Shown here in pieces: positions 1-14,420 of a DNA stretch of 64,000 bases. A program made the position numbers and the translations under genes. The DNA is from the human T2T-CHM13v2.0 reference genome, Homo sapiens: NCBI RefSeq assembly GCF_009914755.1, contig NC_060930.1; one strand, given 5' to 3'. The notes below the pieces were generated by a model. The model searched no databases and had not been told where the DNA came from. It was given only the letters and a program-made list of their open reading frames with translations. Position 1 is the stretch's first letter; each line of letters begins with the position of its first letter.

Positions 1-599
1 AACAGTCCTGTTGTATAAATGATTCAACATTCCCACAACAAACTAGATAAACATTTTGCCAATCACTAATTAAAAAGCTGGCTCTAAGTACAATAACCTG
101 GAGTCAGTTTGCATTCACATTTCTATTAAAGGCTAATGAATACACAGCTAAACTAATTTAGTCAAATTGTTTCTTCATTGTGTTCAAAGTTAAAACTAAC
201 AATTCAGATTTAGCCGTGAGTCTTTTAAATTATTTTTTTCTCCCCTATTGAGTAAAAGTCTAATTAAAAGCTTTTAGTCTTTCACGTTGTGCAGGCTGCT
301 AAGTGATATTGTTTAGTCCACAGGGATTCCATTATTACTTGGCTTTACAATATACAATTCTACAAGGGTTTTTTTAACCCACTTTGCCCGGAAGGTTTTG
401 TGTTTTAAAATTTAATCTGATAAGTTTTAAATTGTGAAACAAAAGAAAAATTTTAATTATTTGTTGTAAGATTTTAATTCAGCCCTAAAACTTATTGGCT
501 ATTTATAATAGGTAAGTTTCAAGTCAGGTAGTGTGGAGATGTTAAAAATGTTCAAAACTCTATGTAGTACATGTAGGTTTCACTCTGCATACTTGCAAA

Positions 600-776
600 C
601 AGGAGTGAGTAAATAATTTACAAGGCCTAGTACAAAGTGAAAATGCCGGGCCTCTTGTTCAAAAACTATTATGAATTTCAATATGTCGACAACAGAGCAT
701 TACATCAATCACAAGGCCTTTCTGACTATGGCATTGTGCAGCCACACAGGTTGCAATGCCCATGGATTCAGCCCTG
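600..776 (-). mobile_element. MER91A-like non-autonomous hAT-Tip100 DNA transposon
   Basis: Reverse complement follows the recalled MER91A consensus (CAGGGC..CATGGGC..ACCTGTG..AATGCTCTG..TTGAAATTC..TTTGAACAAG..GCATTTTCA..CCTG); termini are cagg/cctg. Confidence 0.8.
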
Positions 777-1044
777 TTGAGAAGTATGGTGTGTAGAAAT
801 GTCACATTATATTAGTATTACCTTTTACATTAAACTGATTCCCCAAATCCCATTATGCTAGACTGCCATAAATTTCACATTTTTTTGAGCTCTCCAGCTT
901 GGTGGCGTAGGGGACTTTCAGACACTGAAGACTTCTGGTCTTCCTGCTACTGAAATGCTCCTCATCTAAGCTCATTGTTCTGCATCTGCTGCTGAAACTA
1001 CTTTGCTGGACTGGAAACTTGGTACCTAGGGGTCAACCTTTCTA

Positions 1045-1156
1045 GCCACACCGAGTTTTAATCCATATCAATGTATTTTGAGAATGAAAGGGGGCATACT
1101 GACCTAACTGGCCTACAAAAGGACTGTCCAGGACAACTGGGCTGAGTAGTTACCTT
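1045..1156 (-). mobile_element. MER94-like hAT-Blackjack MITE fragment
   Basis: Minus strand reads aaggtaac..cccagttgtcctggacagtcc..gccccctttcattctcaaaa, resembling MER94. Confidence 0.55.
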
Positions 1157-1654
1157 CATGTAGCCATTTACTCCGGAAGTTCAGTGGTTCCATCCTTAGC
1201 AGAACACATACACCTCCGGGATCCCTGTGGAAGAGTGTGCAAGCCTCCTGTCTGCCACCTGGTATGGACAGCCCTGGCATGCAGAAGACAATAAGTGTTA
1301 GTCTGAAATGACTATTATTTTCTCCCTTTCTTCTGTTACTAAAGTGATCAGAGATATTAACAGTTTCTCATTTTGGTTCTTCTAGCTCTTTAGCTTTTCA
1401 GAGGGACAGTTAGGTAGTCAGAACTTTTAAATACTGCAAAACTTTTAAACTAATATTACTAAGGAATGGGATATTTCTTAAAGTTTTTTTTTTCACATAA
1501 CAAATGTATGAACTTAAAAACAAACTAAAAAATATAAAAATATTTTTGAAGAAAATGTTTCTTAAACATATCTATTTCTCTGCCTTCAAAAAGCAAGTTC
1601 AGTGCATGTAATAGATTTGTTCCTGGATTATGCAGAGTGGTCATATGAATTAAG

Positions 1655-1870
1655 GTAGAATAATTAAAACTACATGCTCTGGAGTTACACTGCCTGGGTA
1701 GAAGTCTTTGCTTAGCTGTGAGACCTTGAACAAAGTTCTTAAATTCTCCATGTCTCAGTTCCTTTATCTGTAAAATAGAGATACTAACAGTTTCCACATT
1801 ATAGTGTTGTGGTGAGTATAAATGCCAATATATTTATAAAGTACTATGAACAGTACGCTAGTCAATACAT
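1655..1870 (+). mobile_element. MIR SINE
   Basis: MIR core: agctgtgagaccttgaacaaag..ctcagttcctttatctgtaaaatagagata..gttgtggtgag. Confidence 0.75.
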
Positions 1871-2952
1871 GTGAATAACCACAATAAATTTTATTTTTTT
1901 GATGTTATTTTATTGATAAAATAACTCAGAAGCATTTGTGCCATGAGTAAATGCTCCCATTTTTAGCTTCCAAGTCTTCTTTACAATAAAAATGTGTTAG
2001 TGTTTCAAATATCAGACCACTGCCTCTCAATGTGTCCATCAATAACACGTTGCTCCTTTCCCCATACCACTTCTAGTTGATTTTCTACTCAGTTATGATT
2101 CATTTTCTTAGAGTTATGCCTCAAGTGAACATAGGGTTAGGTACAGAGCAAAACTGAATGACTCTCTTAATAGTAGAGCAGACAAATTTTAATATATGGC
2201 CTTTCCAGACATTGATTTGAGCTGATTAATTTTTTAATTCTCTCCAGATACTTGATCAGGCTGTCAATAATTGAGATGGCCAACTAATGGGCTACAAGTT
2301 AAGTGAGCATTATAATATTTCACAGGTTTGTTGTGAAGATGAAATAATATATAAATATAACACATGAAAATTTTTGTAGACACTTCAGTGATATATACAT
2401 TCTGTTTTAATATTTCTGACTCACATGCTAATATTATTAGATACAGTACTTTAAGAAATATAACACCAATTTATATAAAATAGGGATGATTATTCCTTTA
2501 CTACAACTCCTAAGTCCAGTGTCCAATCTATGAGTTTTCTCTGAGGAGAGGAATACAATTCCCTAGGTAATAGCCTTGCAAAGTGAAGAATGAAGATTGT
2601 CTCTGCAGCTGCAGGAAGCAGAGGACTAGCAGCGCCTTGAAAGTTGAGGCACCTTAACTGGTTTCATTTTCTCTTGACTTAAAAAAATAATTTTAAGGTG
2701 AAAAAGAATCTCTTAAGAATGTTTTTATGATATAGACTTGGCCTATGTATTCTTGAAAATTTTGTAATGAGTCTTAGGATATTTGTTATTTATTCCATCA
2801 TCCTGCTTTCTCATGAGATTTAGCATTTGAAAGATTTATTTTTCCCATGTGAACTGACTCTTCTGACCCTCGTTGTTATAATTCAAATATAAATCAAGCG
2901 TATCTTGGAAATTACCAAGTCAGAGAAATCCGGGTTATTGGAAATTGTATAA

Positions 2953-3332
<380 letters not shown>

Positions 3333-4454
3333 AAGCTTTCTTTTTCTTAATTTCTTCTTCAACCTTTCTCAAAAATCTTAATTATATGAAGAAAGCCATA
3401 CATTCTTAATTTTACATTGTGCACATAATTTACAATCTATTCACCACATTTTACATGAGCATAATAAATTCGTCTCTTTAAGATGGTTGCAGAAAACTCA
3501 GTCCCCAGCCTGAGAGGAATCCCTCCCTCTTAAGAGTTTGCAAGTCCTCCGACAACAACTTATACAACCCGGTTTTCAATATAAAGTCCTAATCACTCAT
3601 GTTTCTCATTTAAAGCTTGTAATTATAGTAATTAGGAAAAAATGACTTTATTGTTTCCCTATCATTGCTAATGCTACCTTAACCAAATTTTCTTAGAATA
3701 GAAGAAAAATAGAGAATCCTACAATTTACTCTTATGGGAATTTTCACACAAACTTAGTTTCAGGTTCAATAAGATGCAACATTCAGATGGAAACCTTTAG
3801 GGAATAGTTAATGGCCCGAATAAATCCCGCTTATTACCACCACTAAATCATCTACTTGCTAGCATAAAACTATCTCAATAACAGTTAAATTAAAAATATA
3901 ATTGAAGGAAATTTCAGTACAGAGGAACAAACTTGTGAAACTTTCCATTTAAACTCAACCTTCAATAGTCAGCCAAGTCCTTGAGTCTTCAGAGAGCTAT
4001 TCTTTTAGCAAAAAAGATCATATTCATGATTGTCTACTTGTTAGTACCCATTTGTATCACTTTAGTCCCTTAAAAGAACTTTGTCTTAAACAGTCACTTT
4101 CTGTTTTCATGTCAGCCTCGTTTTCTCTTGATAATCGCCTTTTCAAAGTGCTCTCCTGTCCCACAAGCGTCATGACACCATTTGGAGTTCTGAGATAGAG
4201 TCCACAGCAATAATGTCAGAGGCGGGGACTCCATGAATACTAGAACATTTTTCCAGAGCCATTCCTCCTCTTATTATTATGTTTACGAATTTGAAATCCA
4301 AAAGGTCCTAGAAAATTTTCATTAGCTCACTAAGTGGCCAGTTAAATTAATTGACTTGTTTAAACGTCTGTCTCAGTCAGAGGCAGAGCGGAAACCAGAA
4401 CCCAGGTCTCTACCACTGTTTTTATTAAGCCACTGTAAGGTTACTGGTTACTAA

Positions 4455-4823
<369 letters not shown>

Positions 4824-5139
4824 TTGTTTTTCTTTAATCCATCAAGACTGATTATTTCTTATTTCATTTACATTCATGTTGCTGGTTTTTGTTTGTTTTT
4901 CTCTTTCAAGCCTTTCGGTACTTCCATTTCAAAATATCTAAGTGAATGAGTGAATTGAATGAATAAATAAACTAGAGCAGAATAGCAGAGGTAGTACAGG
5001 GTTTAGAAATATTTATGTAATACTTCATCTGCTGGTATCTTCTTCATGGTGCTCAGTTATACATTATGTAAGGGTTAAACTCACTGTTTCTAAACATTTT
5101 TAAATTTAAAGCTATTTTCGAGTTGGGCAAAATTACAAT

Positions 5140-5628
5140 TGTCTCCTGTAACAAATTACCACAAAATGAATGGTTTAAAAGAACACAAATTTATTATCCC
5201 ACAGTTCTATAAGTCAGAAGTCTGGATGGAGTCAGCTTGGTCCTCTACAATGGGTGTCTTTAAGCTGAAATCAAAGTGTTGGTGGCCCTGCACTATTATC
5301 TGGAGGCTGTAGGGGAGAACCTGCTTTCATGCTAATTCAGGTTATTGCCAGAATTCAGGTCTGTGCAATTATAAGACTGAGGTCCCTCTTTCCTTACTGA
5401 ATGTCAGTGGGGAGCCTCCCTTAACTCCTTAAGGCTGCCTACACTCCTTGGCACCTTGGCCCTTCCATGACATTAGATTGAATTCACTCAATAATCCAGG
5501 ATCATTTCTCCGTATTACAGCCTGTTACCTACTTACATCTAAATCCCTTTTGCCATACAATGTAACATATTCCTATGTTCCAGGGATTAGGATGGGGATA
5601 TCTTTGATGAACCATTCTGCCTACCACT
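5140..5628 (-). mobile_element. MLT1 (ERVL-MaLR) solo LTR
   Basis: ctgtaacaaattaccacaaa..tttattatcccacagttct..gactgaggtccc..ccattctgcctaccac, typical of antisense MLT1. Confidence 0.75.
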
Positions 5629-5799
5629 GCCCCCGAATTTGAGTTCTTATAAGGAATACTCCTCAATCATGTTTAATTTGCATATCATTGAGAATAATTA
5701 GTAAGCCTCTGAAAGCATGAAACTTTAAAATTCTTGTCAATAACCTAGAATCTATATTTGGGAAAAATATAATTTTTAAAAAATTTGCATATACTAGGC

Positions 5800-8165
5800 T
5801 TCATTCTTTCTGTGATAAAGTTCTATAGACACATGCGTAATGCCATATATCTATCATTACAGTATCATACAGAATCATTTCACCTGTGTGCTTCACTTAT
5901 TTCTTCTGCCCTTTTCCTACTCCCATAGTAACCACTGATCTTTTTACTGTCTCTATAATTTTGCATTTTCCAGAATGTCATATAATTGGAATCATACAAT
6001 ATGTAGGCTTTTGATATTGACTTCCTTCACTTAGCAATGTGCACTCGAGGTTTCTCCATATCATTTCATCATTTGATAGTTCATTTATTTTTATTGCTGA
6101 ATAGTATTCCACTGTATGATGGTATCACAATTTTTTCACCCATTTAAGAGCATCTTTGTTGCTTCTAGTTTTTAGTAATTACGAATAGAGATGCTTTAAG
6201 TGTTCATGCACAAATATTTTGTGGACATAATCTTTCAACTCAATTGTGTAAATAACTATGAGCATGATTGTTGGATTGTATAAGACTATGTTTAACTTTG
6301 TAAGAAATAGCTAAACTGTCTTCTAAAGTGTTCGTATCAGTTTGCATTCACACAAGCAATACATGAAAGTTTCTGTTGCTCAATGTCTTTACTAGGATTT
6401 GGTATTGTCAGTTTTTTGTATTTCAGCTATTCTAAGATATGGATAGTGGTATCTCATTGTTTTAATTTGCATTTTTTTAACGACAAGTGATGTTGAACAA
6501 CTTTTTATATACTTATTTTTTCATCTACATATCTTCTTTTGTGAGGTTTTTTTGTATATTTGTCCCATTTTTGTTTTTTGTTTGTTTTCTTATTGTAGAG
6601 TTTTTTGTTTTGCATATTTTGAATAGAATGCATTTATCAGATAGGTTTACAAATATTTTTGCTTAATCTTTGTCTTGTCTTTTCATTCTCTGAAAAGTGT
6701 CTTTTGCAGAGCTGAAGCTTTTAATTTTAGTAAATTCCAACTTATCAATTTTTTCTTTCATGCATTTTACTTTTGGCGTTGTATCTAGAAACTTATCAAG
6801 CCCAAGGCCACCTAGATTTCTCCCTTGTTTTCTGTAGAAGTTTTATAGTTTTAATTTTACATTGAGTTAACTTATGTGAAAAGTGTAATGAAGTCTGTGT
6901 CTAGATTCTTTTTAGATGGATGTCTAATTCTTTCAGCATCATTTGTTGAAAAGACAGCTCTTTCTCCATTGAGTTTCCTTTGCTCCTTTTGTTAAAGATT
7001 AGTTGACTATATTTGTGTGGGTTTGTTTCTGAACTCTGTATTCTGTTCCATTGTTCTATGTGTCTATTCTTTTGCCAATGCTATATTGTCTTGATCATTG
7101 TAGCAGTATAGTAAATTTTGAAGAAGGCGTTGTCAATCCTCCAACTTTATTCTTCTTCAGTATTGTGTTGGCCATTATGCACTTTTTTTGCCTTTTCATA
7201 CGAACTTTATAATCACTTTAGCGATGTCCATGAAATATCTTGCTTGTATGTTGACTAGATTTTGACTTAGATTACAGACTAAGTTAGAAAGAATGAACAT
7301 CTTAACAATACTGAGTACTTTAATTCATAAACACAGAATATATCTCTATGTAGATTTTCTCTGATTTCATTTGTCAGAGTTTTGTAGTTTTCTGCATATA
7401 GATCATAAACATATTTTGTTAATACTTAAGTATTTAACTTTTGATGCTAATGTAAATGATTTTTTAAAAATTTCAAACTCCAATTCATTGTTATATAAAG
7501 AAAAACCATTAACTTTGGATATTTGCCTTTTATCCTGTGCTCTTGCTAAAATTACTTATTAATTCTGGGATTTTTTGTTGATTATTTGGGATTTTCTATT
7601 AATACACAAACAGTCATGTAATCTTTGAAAAAGGTAGTTTTATTTATTTCTTCCCAATTTGTGTGATTTCTTTCTTTCTCTTATCTTAAAGCACTATGTA
7701 CTATGTCCAGTATAATATCAAATAAGAGAAGTAAAAGGGAACATGTTCACTTTTTCCCAGTCTGGGAAAACAAAGCATCTAGTTTCTCACAGTTATGATG
7801 TCTTTATTAGGTTGTTTTGTAGATATCTTTTATTAAGTGGAGGAAATTTTCCTCAATTCGTCGTTTGCTGAAAATTTTTATCATGTATGGGTATTAGATT
7901 TTGTCAAATGCTTTTACTACATCAATTGATATAATCATGTAATTTTTCTTCTTTACCCTGTTGATATGGTGGATTACATTAATTAATTTTCAGATCTTGA
8001 ACCGGCCATGCATACTTAGCATAAATCTGGAATTGGTCATGGTATAAAATTCCTTTATACTTCATTGAATTCAATTTACTAATATTTTATTGAAGATTTT
8101 CACAACTTGGTTCATAATAGATATTGTCTATAATTTTCCTTTTTGTAAAGTCTTTGGTTTGGCCT
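5800..8165 (-). mobile_element. Old L1 (L1MC-like), 3' UTR and ORF2 3' part
   Basis: Antisense L1 3' UTR (cagtatcatacagaat..accactgatctttttactgtctctata..cagaatgtcatata) continuing into antisense ORF2. Confidence 0.8.
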
Positions 8166-8708
8166 CAATACTTTTTATTGTGGCAAAATATACACAATAT
8201 TTATAATTTTAACCATTCTTAAGTGTATGTTTTAATGGCATTAAGTGCATTCACATTGTAGTATAGCTATCACCACTATTGATACCCAACATGTTTTCAT
8301 CAACCTGAGCAAAAGCTCTGTACCCATTAAACCATAGCATTCCTCTCCCCATCTCCCCATCCTCTGTTAACTTCTGTTCTACTTCCTCTCTCTACAAATT
8401 TGCCTTTTCGAAGAACCTCATATTTGTACTTCTGTATATTTTTACATATGCTATTTGTCCTTCTGTGTTTGGCTTATTTCACCCAGCATAATATTTTCAA
8501 GGTCCCTCCATGTTGTAGCACATATCAAACATTTTATTTCTTTTTGTGGCTAAATATTTTACTGTACACACATATACCACATTTTGTTTATCCATTCATC
8601 TGTTGATGGATATTTCTGTTGTTTTTACCTTTTTGCTGTTGTGAAGTATGCTGCTACGAACATAGCTATAAAAAATTTTGTTGAACTCTCTGCTTTCAAT
8701 TCTTAGGG

Positions 8709-8719
8709 ATACATATATG

Positions 8720-8757
<38 letters not shown>
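8709..8757. repeat. (TA)n microsatellite
   Basis: Read directly; about 17 uninterrupted TA units plus a degenerate start. Confidence 0.95.
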
Positions 8758-8760
<3 letters not shown>

Positions 8761-9344
8761 CATATTTTATATGGTAGCTCTATTTTTAATTTTTAGGAAA
8801 ACTTCACACTGTTTTCCATAATGGTTATACCAATTTACATTTCCACCAGTGATGCACAAAGGATCCCTTTTCTTAACATCCTCAGCAACACATTTGTCTT
8901 TTTGATAGTAGCCATTTAAATAGGTATAAGATAATATCTCATAGTGGTTTTGATTTGCATTTCCCTGCTGCTTGGTGATGTTTAGTATTTTTCAGTTCAT
9001 TTTTCAAATGCGTATTGTGTTTTTTTGCTATTTAGTTGTTTGAGTTCCTTATATGTTTTAGATATTAATCCTTTATCAGATGGTTTGCAAATATATTCTT
9101 CCATAGGACAAAATTGTAGGTTTTCTCTTAACTTTGTTGCTTTTTTAAAATTAGCTGTGCTGTGCAAAAATATTTTAGTTTTGATGCAATGCCATTTGTC
9201 TGTTTTTGCTTTTGTTGTCTGGGCTATTAAGGTTATATTCAAAAAATCATCTCCCAGAGCAATGTCAAGAACCTTTCCCCCTATGTTCTCTTCTGTTAGT
9301 TTCATAGTTTCCAATCTTATGTTTAAGTCTTTAATCTATTTTGA

Positions 9345-9650
<306 letters not shown>

Positions 9651-9808
9651 TGATTTTTTGTGATATGAGATATGAGATAGGGTTCACTTTTATCTGTCTG
9701 TATGTGTCTATCCAGTTATCCCAACACAGTTTTTTGAAGATATTACCCCTTCCTCATTGTGTGTTCTTGGTACATTTGTCAAAAATCAGTTGACTGTAAA
9801 TATGTAGA

Positions 9809-10465
9809 TGATTTCTGCCTTAATTTCATTATTTACTCAAAAGTCATTCAGGAGCAGGGTGTTCAATTTCCATGTAGTTGTGTGGATTTGAGTAAATTTC
9901 TTAGTCTTGAGTCCTAATTTCATTGTACTATGGATCAAGAGTATGTTATGATTTCAGTTTTTTTGTATTTGCTAAGGAGTGTTTTACTTTTGATTATGTG
10001 ATTGATTTTAGAGTATGTGCTATGTGTTGATGAGAAAAATGTATAGTCTGTTGGTTTTGGGTGAAAGGATCTGTAGATCTCTATCAGGTCCATTTGATCT
10101 AGGGCTGAGTTCAGGTCCTGAATATCTTTGGTAATTTTCTGTCTTGATGATCTGTCTAGTATTGTCAGTGGGTTGTTAAAGTTTCCTACCATTATTGTGT
10201 GGGAGTCTATGTTTCTTTGTAGGTCTCTAAGAACTTGCTTATAAGTCTGTGTGCTCCTGTACTAGGTTCATATATATTTAAGATATTTAGATTTTCTTGT
10301 TGAATTGAACCCTTTACCATTATGTAATGCCCTTCTTTTATTTTTCGGTCTTTGTTTGTTTAAAGTCTGTTTTGTCAGAAACTGGGATTGTGACCGCAGC
10401 TTTTTTCTGTTTTCCATTTGCTCGATAGAATTTTCTCCATCCCTTTATTTTGAGCCTACGTGTGT
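9809..10465 (-). mobile_element. Inverted segment of L1PA (ORF2 endonuclease region)
   Basis: Minus-strand ORFs give L1 EN peptides RLKIKGWRKFYRANGKQKKA, VGNFNNPLTILDRSSRQKI and TYSKINHI. Confidence 0.9.
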
Positions 10466-10467
10466 TG

Positions 10468-11721
10468 ATGGTGCTGAGATAACTAGCTAGCCATATGCAG
10501 AAAACTGAAACTGGACTTTTCCTTACACTATGTACAAAAATTAGCTCAAGATAAATTAAGGACTTAAATGTAAAACTCAAAACTATAAAAACTCTGGAAA
10601 ATAACTTAGGCAATATCATTCAGGGCATAGGCACAGGCGACGATTTCATGATGAAAACACCGAAAGCAACTGGAACAAAAGCAAAAATTGACAAATGGGA
10701 TCTAATTAAACTAAAGACTTTCTACACAGCAAAAGAAACTATCAACAGAATAAACAGACAACCTACAAAATAGAACATTTTTCCAAACTAAGCCTCTGAC
10801 AAAGGTCTAATGTCCAGTATCTGTAAGAAACTTAAATTTACGAGAAAAAAAAACCATTAAAAGGTGACAAAAGGACATGAACAGACACGTCTCAGAAGAA
10901 GACATTTGCACAGCCAGCAAACATATGAAAAAAAGCTCAACATCCCTGTCATTAGATAAATGCAAATCAAAACCACAGTGAGATACCATCTTGGCACCAG
11001 TCAGAATGGCTATTATTAAAAAGTCAAAAAAAAAAAAAAGATGCTGGCAAGGTTGTAGAGAACAAGGAACACTTATACACTGTTGGTGGGAATGTAAATT
11101 ATTTCAACCATTGTGGAAGACGGCGTGGGGATTCCTCAAAGACCTAGAGGCAGAAATACCATTTGATCCTGCAACCTCATTACTGCATATATACCCAAAG
11201 GAATATAAATCATTCTATTATAAAGACGCATGCACACTTACATCCATTGCAACACTATTCACAATAGCAAAGACATGGAATTAACCTAAATGCCCATCAA
11301 TGATAGACTGCATAAGGAAAATGTGATTCATATACACCATGGAGTACGTACTAGGCAATCATAAAAAAAACAAAAAAAAAAAATAAGATTATGTCCTTTG
11401 CAGGGACATGGATGGAGCTGGAGGCCATTTTCCTTAGGAAAATAATGCAGGAACAGAAAATCAAATACTGCATGTTCTCAGTTATAAGTGGGAGCTAAAT
11501 GATGAGAACACATGGACACATAGAGGGGAACAACACACACTCAGGCCTATTGCAGGGTGGAGGGTGGAAAGAAGGAGAGGATTAGGAAAAGTAACTAATG
11601 GGTACCAGGTTTAATATGAGTAATGAAAGAATGTGTGCAACAAACTCCCATAAAACACATTTACCTATGTAACAAACCTGCACATGTGCCCCTGAATTTA
11701 AAATAAAAGTCAGAAAAAAGA
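10468..11721 (+). mobile_element. L1PA (L1PA13-like) 3' segment with A-rich tail
   Basis: ORF2 C-terminal CCHC (CWQGCREQGTLIHCWWEC); 3' UTR ending aacaaacctgcacatgtgcccctgaatttaaaataaaagtc followed by an A tract. Confidence 0.9.
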
Positions 11722-14420
11722 AATTCAATTGACTGTATATATGAGAGTTTATTTCTGACCTCTCTCTTTAATTCTACTGGTATGTATATCTGTTCTTAAA
11801 CCAATATCAGTTTCTCTTGATTATTGTAGCTTTTTAGTAAGTTTCAAAGTCAGGAAGTGTGAGTTCTTTAAATTTATTCTTCATTTTCGATATTGTTTTG
11901 GTTTTTCAGGAACCCTTGCAATTTTATATCAGTTTAAAGATTAGCATTTCCATTTTTGCATGAAAAATCTGTGACAATTTTGATAGGCATTGTTTTAAAT
12001 CTATAAATTGCTCTGGGTAGTATTGACATCTTAACAACGTCAAACTTTCTTCCATGAGTACAAGATGTCTTTCCACTTTTCAAGATCTTTAATTACTTTT
12101 GGTAGGGTTTTATAATTTTGAGTGTATAAGGCTTTTACTTTCTTGATTAAATTTATTTCTATGTATTTAATTATTTTAGTCACATTGTACAAGGTATTTA
12201 TTCACAATTTCTTTTGGGGGTTGTTTGTAGATAGTGTATATTAAAAACAACTGATTTTTGTGTGTTGATCTTGTATCCTGCAACTTTAAAGAATTTTTTA
12301 TAAATTAATTGTACAAAATACATAATTATTACTCTAGTAGCTTTATTGTAGATTATTTGAAGTTTTGAATATTTGGGATTAGGTCACTTATAAATATAGT
12401 TTTCTTTCTTCCTTTCCAGTTTGGATGCTTTCTATTTCTTTTTTCTTTATTTCTATTTCTAATAGTTCTGTTTAAAACTTACAGTACAATGTTGAACAGC
12501 AGTGTTGAAACATTCTTGTCATGTTTCTGATTTTAGGAAGAATGCTTTCAGTCTTTCATCACTGAATATGATGTTAATTGTGGGCTTTTCATAAATACCA
12601 TTTATAAAATTTGAACTCACAGAAGCAAAGAATAGAGACTGGGACTGGAGGAGGATAGGGAGATGTTCAAAGATTGCAGAGTTTCAGTTAGAATGAACAA
12701 GTTTGGAGATCTATGTACAACATGGTGATTATAGTTAATAATAATGCTTTGTATATTTAAACATTGCTAAGATTTGATTAAATGTTCTCACCGCAGACAA
12801 ACTGATACATACATAAGATGTTGATATCTTAATTGGCTTGATGTAATCATTTTACATTATATATGTCTATCAAATCATCACATTAGATACTATAAATATA
12901 TACCATTTTTATTTATTAATGTTACCTAAATAAAGCTGGAGGAAAATAAAAAAATACCTTTATTATTTAGAGGAATTTCTCCTAAATTTCTAGTTGTCTA
13001 AGAGTTTTTAATCATAAAATGGTGTTGAATTTTATCAAATGCCTTTCTGCATCAAATGAGATGATCATGTATTTTTTTTCTTCATTCTCTTAATGTGATA
13101 TAATTATATTGATTTACTCTCTTATTTTGAACCACTCTTGCATTTTTGAGATAAATCCCACTTGGTCTTTGTGAATAATTCCTTTAATATGCTGGTGGAT
13201 TTGACTGACTAATATTGCGTTTAGAAGGTTTACCCGCATACTTATAAGAAATGTTAATCTGTTATTTTCTTTCTTGTAACATCTTTATCTGATTTCGATA
13301 TTGGAGTAATGTTAGCCTCATATAATGAATTAGGAGGTGTTTTCTTTTTCTTCAACTTTTTGGAAGAGATTGAGAAAGATTGATAGTAATTCTTCTTTAA
13401 ATGTTCAGTATAATTGACTGGTGAAGCCATCTAATCCAGAACTTTTCTCTGTTGGATAGTGTTTGTTTGCTTATTCAGTCTCTTACTTACTATAAATCTA
13501 TTGAGATTTTTTTATTTCTCCTTGAGTTAGTTTAGGTAATTTGTATGTTTCCAAGAATGTGTCTTTTTAGGTTATCTAACTTGTTAATATACATTTTTCA
13601 TAGTATTCATAATTCTTTTTATCTCTGTAAGTTTGGTAGTAATGTTTCCACTTTCCTTCTTAATTTTAGTTTTTTGCATATTCTCTCTTCTGTTCCTTGT
13701 CAGTCTAACTTAAGGTTTGTCAATTCTGTTTATATTTTCAAAGAGCCAACTTTTAGTTATATTAATATTTCTCTATTGTTTTTCTATTCTCTTTTTTGTT
13801 TATCTTTGCTCTATTCTTTATTATTTTCTTCCTTCTGCTAACTTTGGGTTTGACTTGCTCATTTTTTGCTACTTTTTAAAAATATAAACTTAGATGTAGG
13901 CTTGGGGTCTTTCTTCTTTTTTAATATAGGTATTTACAGCTATAAATTCCACTCCTTTTGCTGAGTCCCATAAGCTTTAGTATGTTGTGCTTTGTTTTCA
14001 TTTGCCTTTATGTATTTTCTAATTTTCTTTGGGGTTTATTCTTTGACCCATTGTTTGTTTAAGAGTGTGTTGTTTCAATCCACATTTTTGTGTGAATTTT
14101 TCTGTTTTTCTTTCTGTTATTGATTTCTAACTTCATTCCATTGAGCTCTGAAAAGACACTGTGTAATTTAAATATTTTTAAAATGTACTAAGACTTGTTT
14201 TGTGGCCTTATATATGGTCTATCTGGAAAATACTTTACAGGCACTTGAGTAGAATATGTATTCTGTTGTTGGGTGGAATGTTCTGTATATGTTTATTAGG
14301 TCTAGTTTTCTTTCTTTCTTTCTTTCTTTTTTCTTTCTTTTTTTTTTCTTTTTTGGTCCTATTGTCATTCAAGTCCTGGATTTACTTTGCTTATCTTTAG
14401 TCTGATCTATCCAGTATTGA
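11722..14420 (-). mobile_element. Old L1M ORF2 (continuation of the host element)
   Basis: Antisense L1 ORF2 resumes after the L1PA tail and is interrupted at 12608-12951. Confidence 0.75.
12608..12951 (+). mobile_element. L1MA9/L1MB-like 3' end fragment
   Basis: gaactcacagaagcaaagaatag..ggagatctatgtacaacatggtg..aataaagctggaggaaaataaaa; approximate TSD aaatacc(a)tttat on both sides. Confidence 0.75.
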
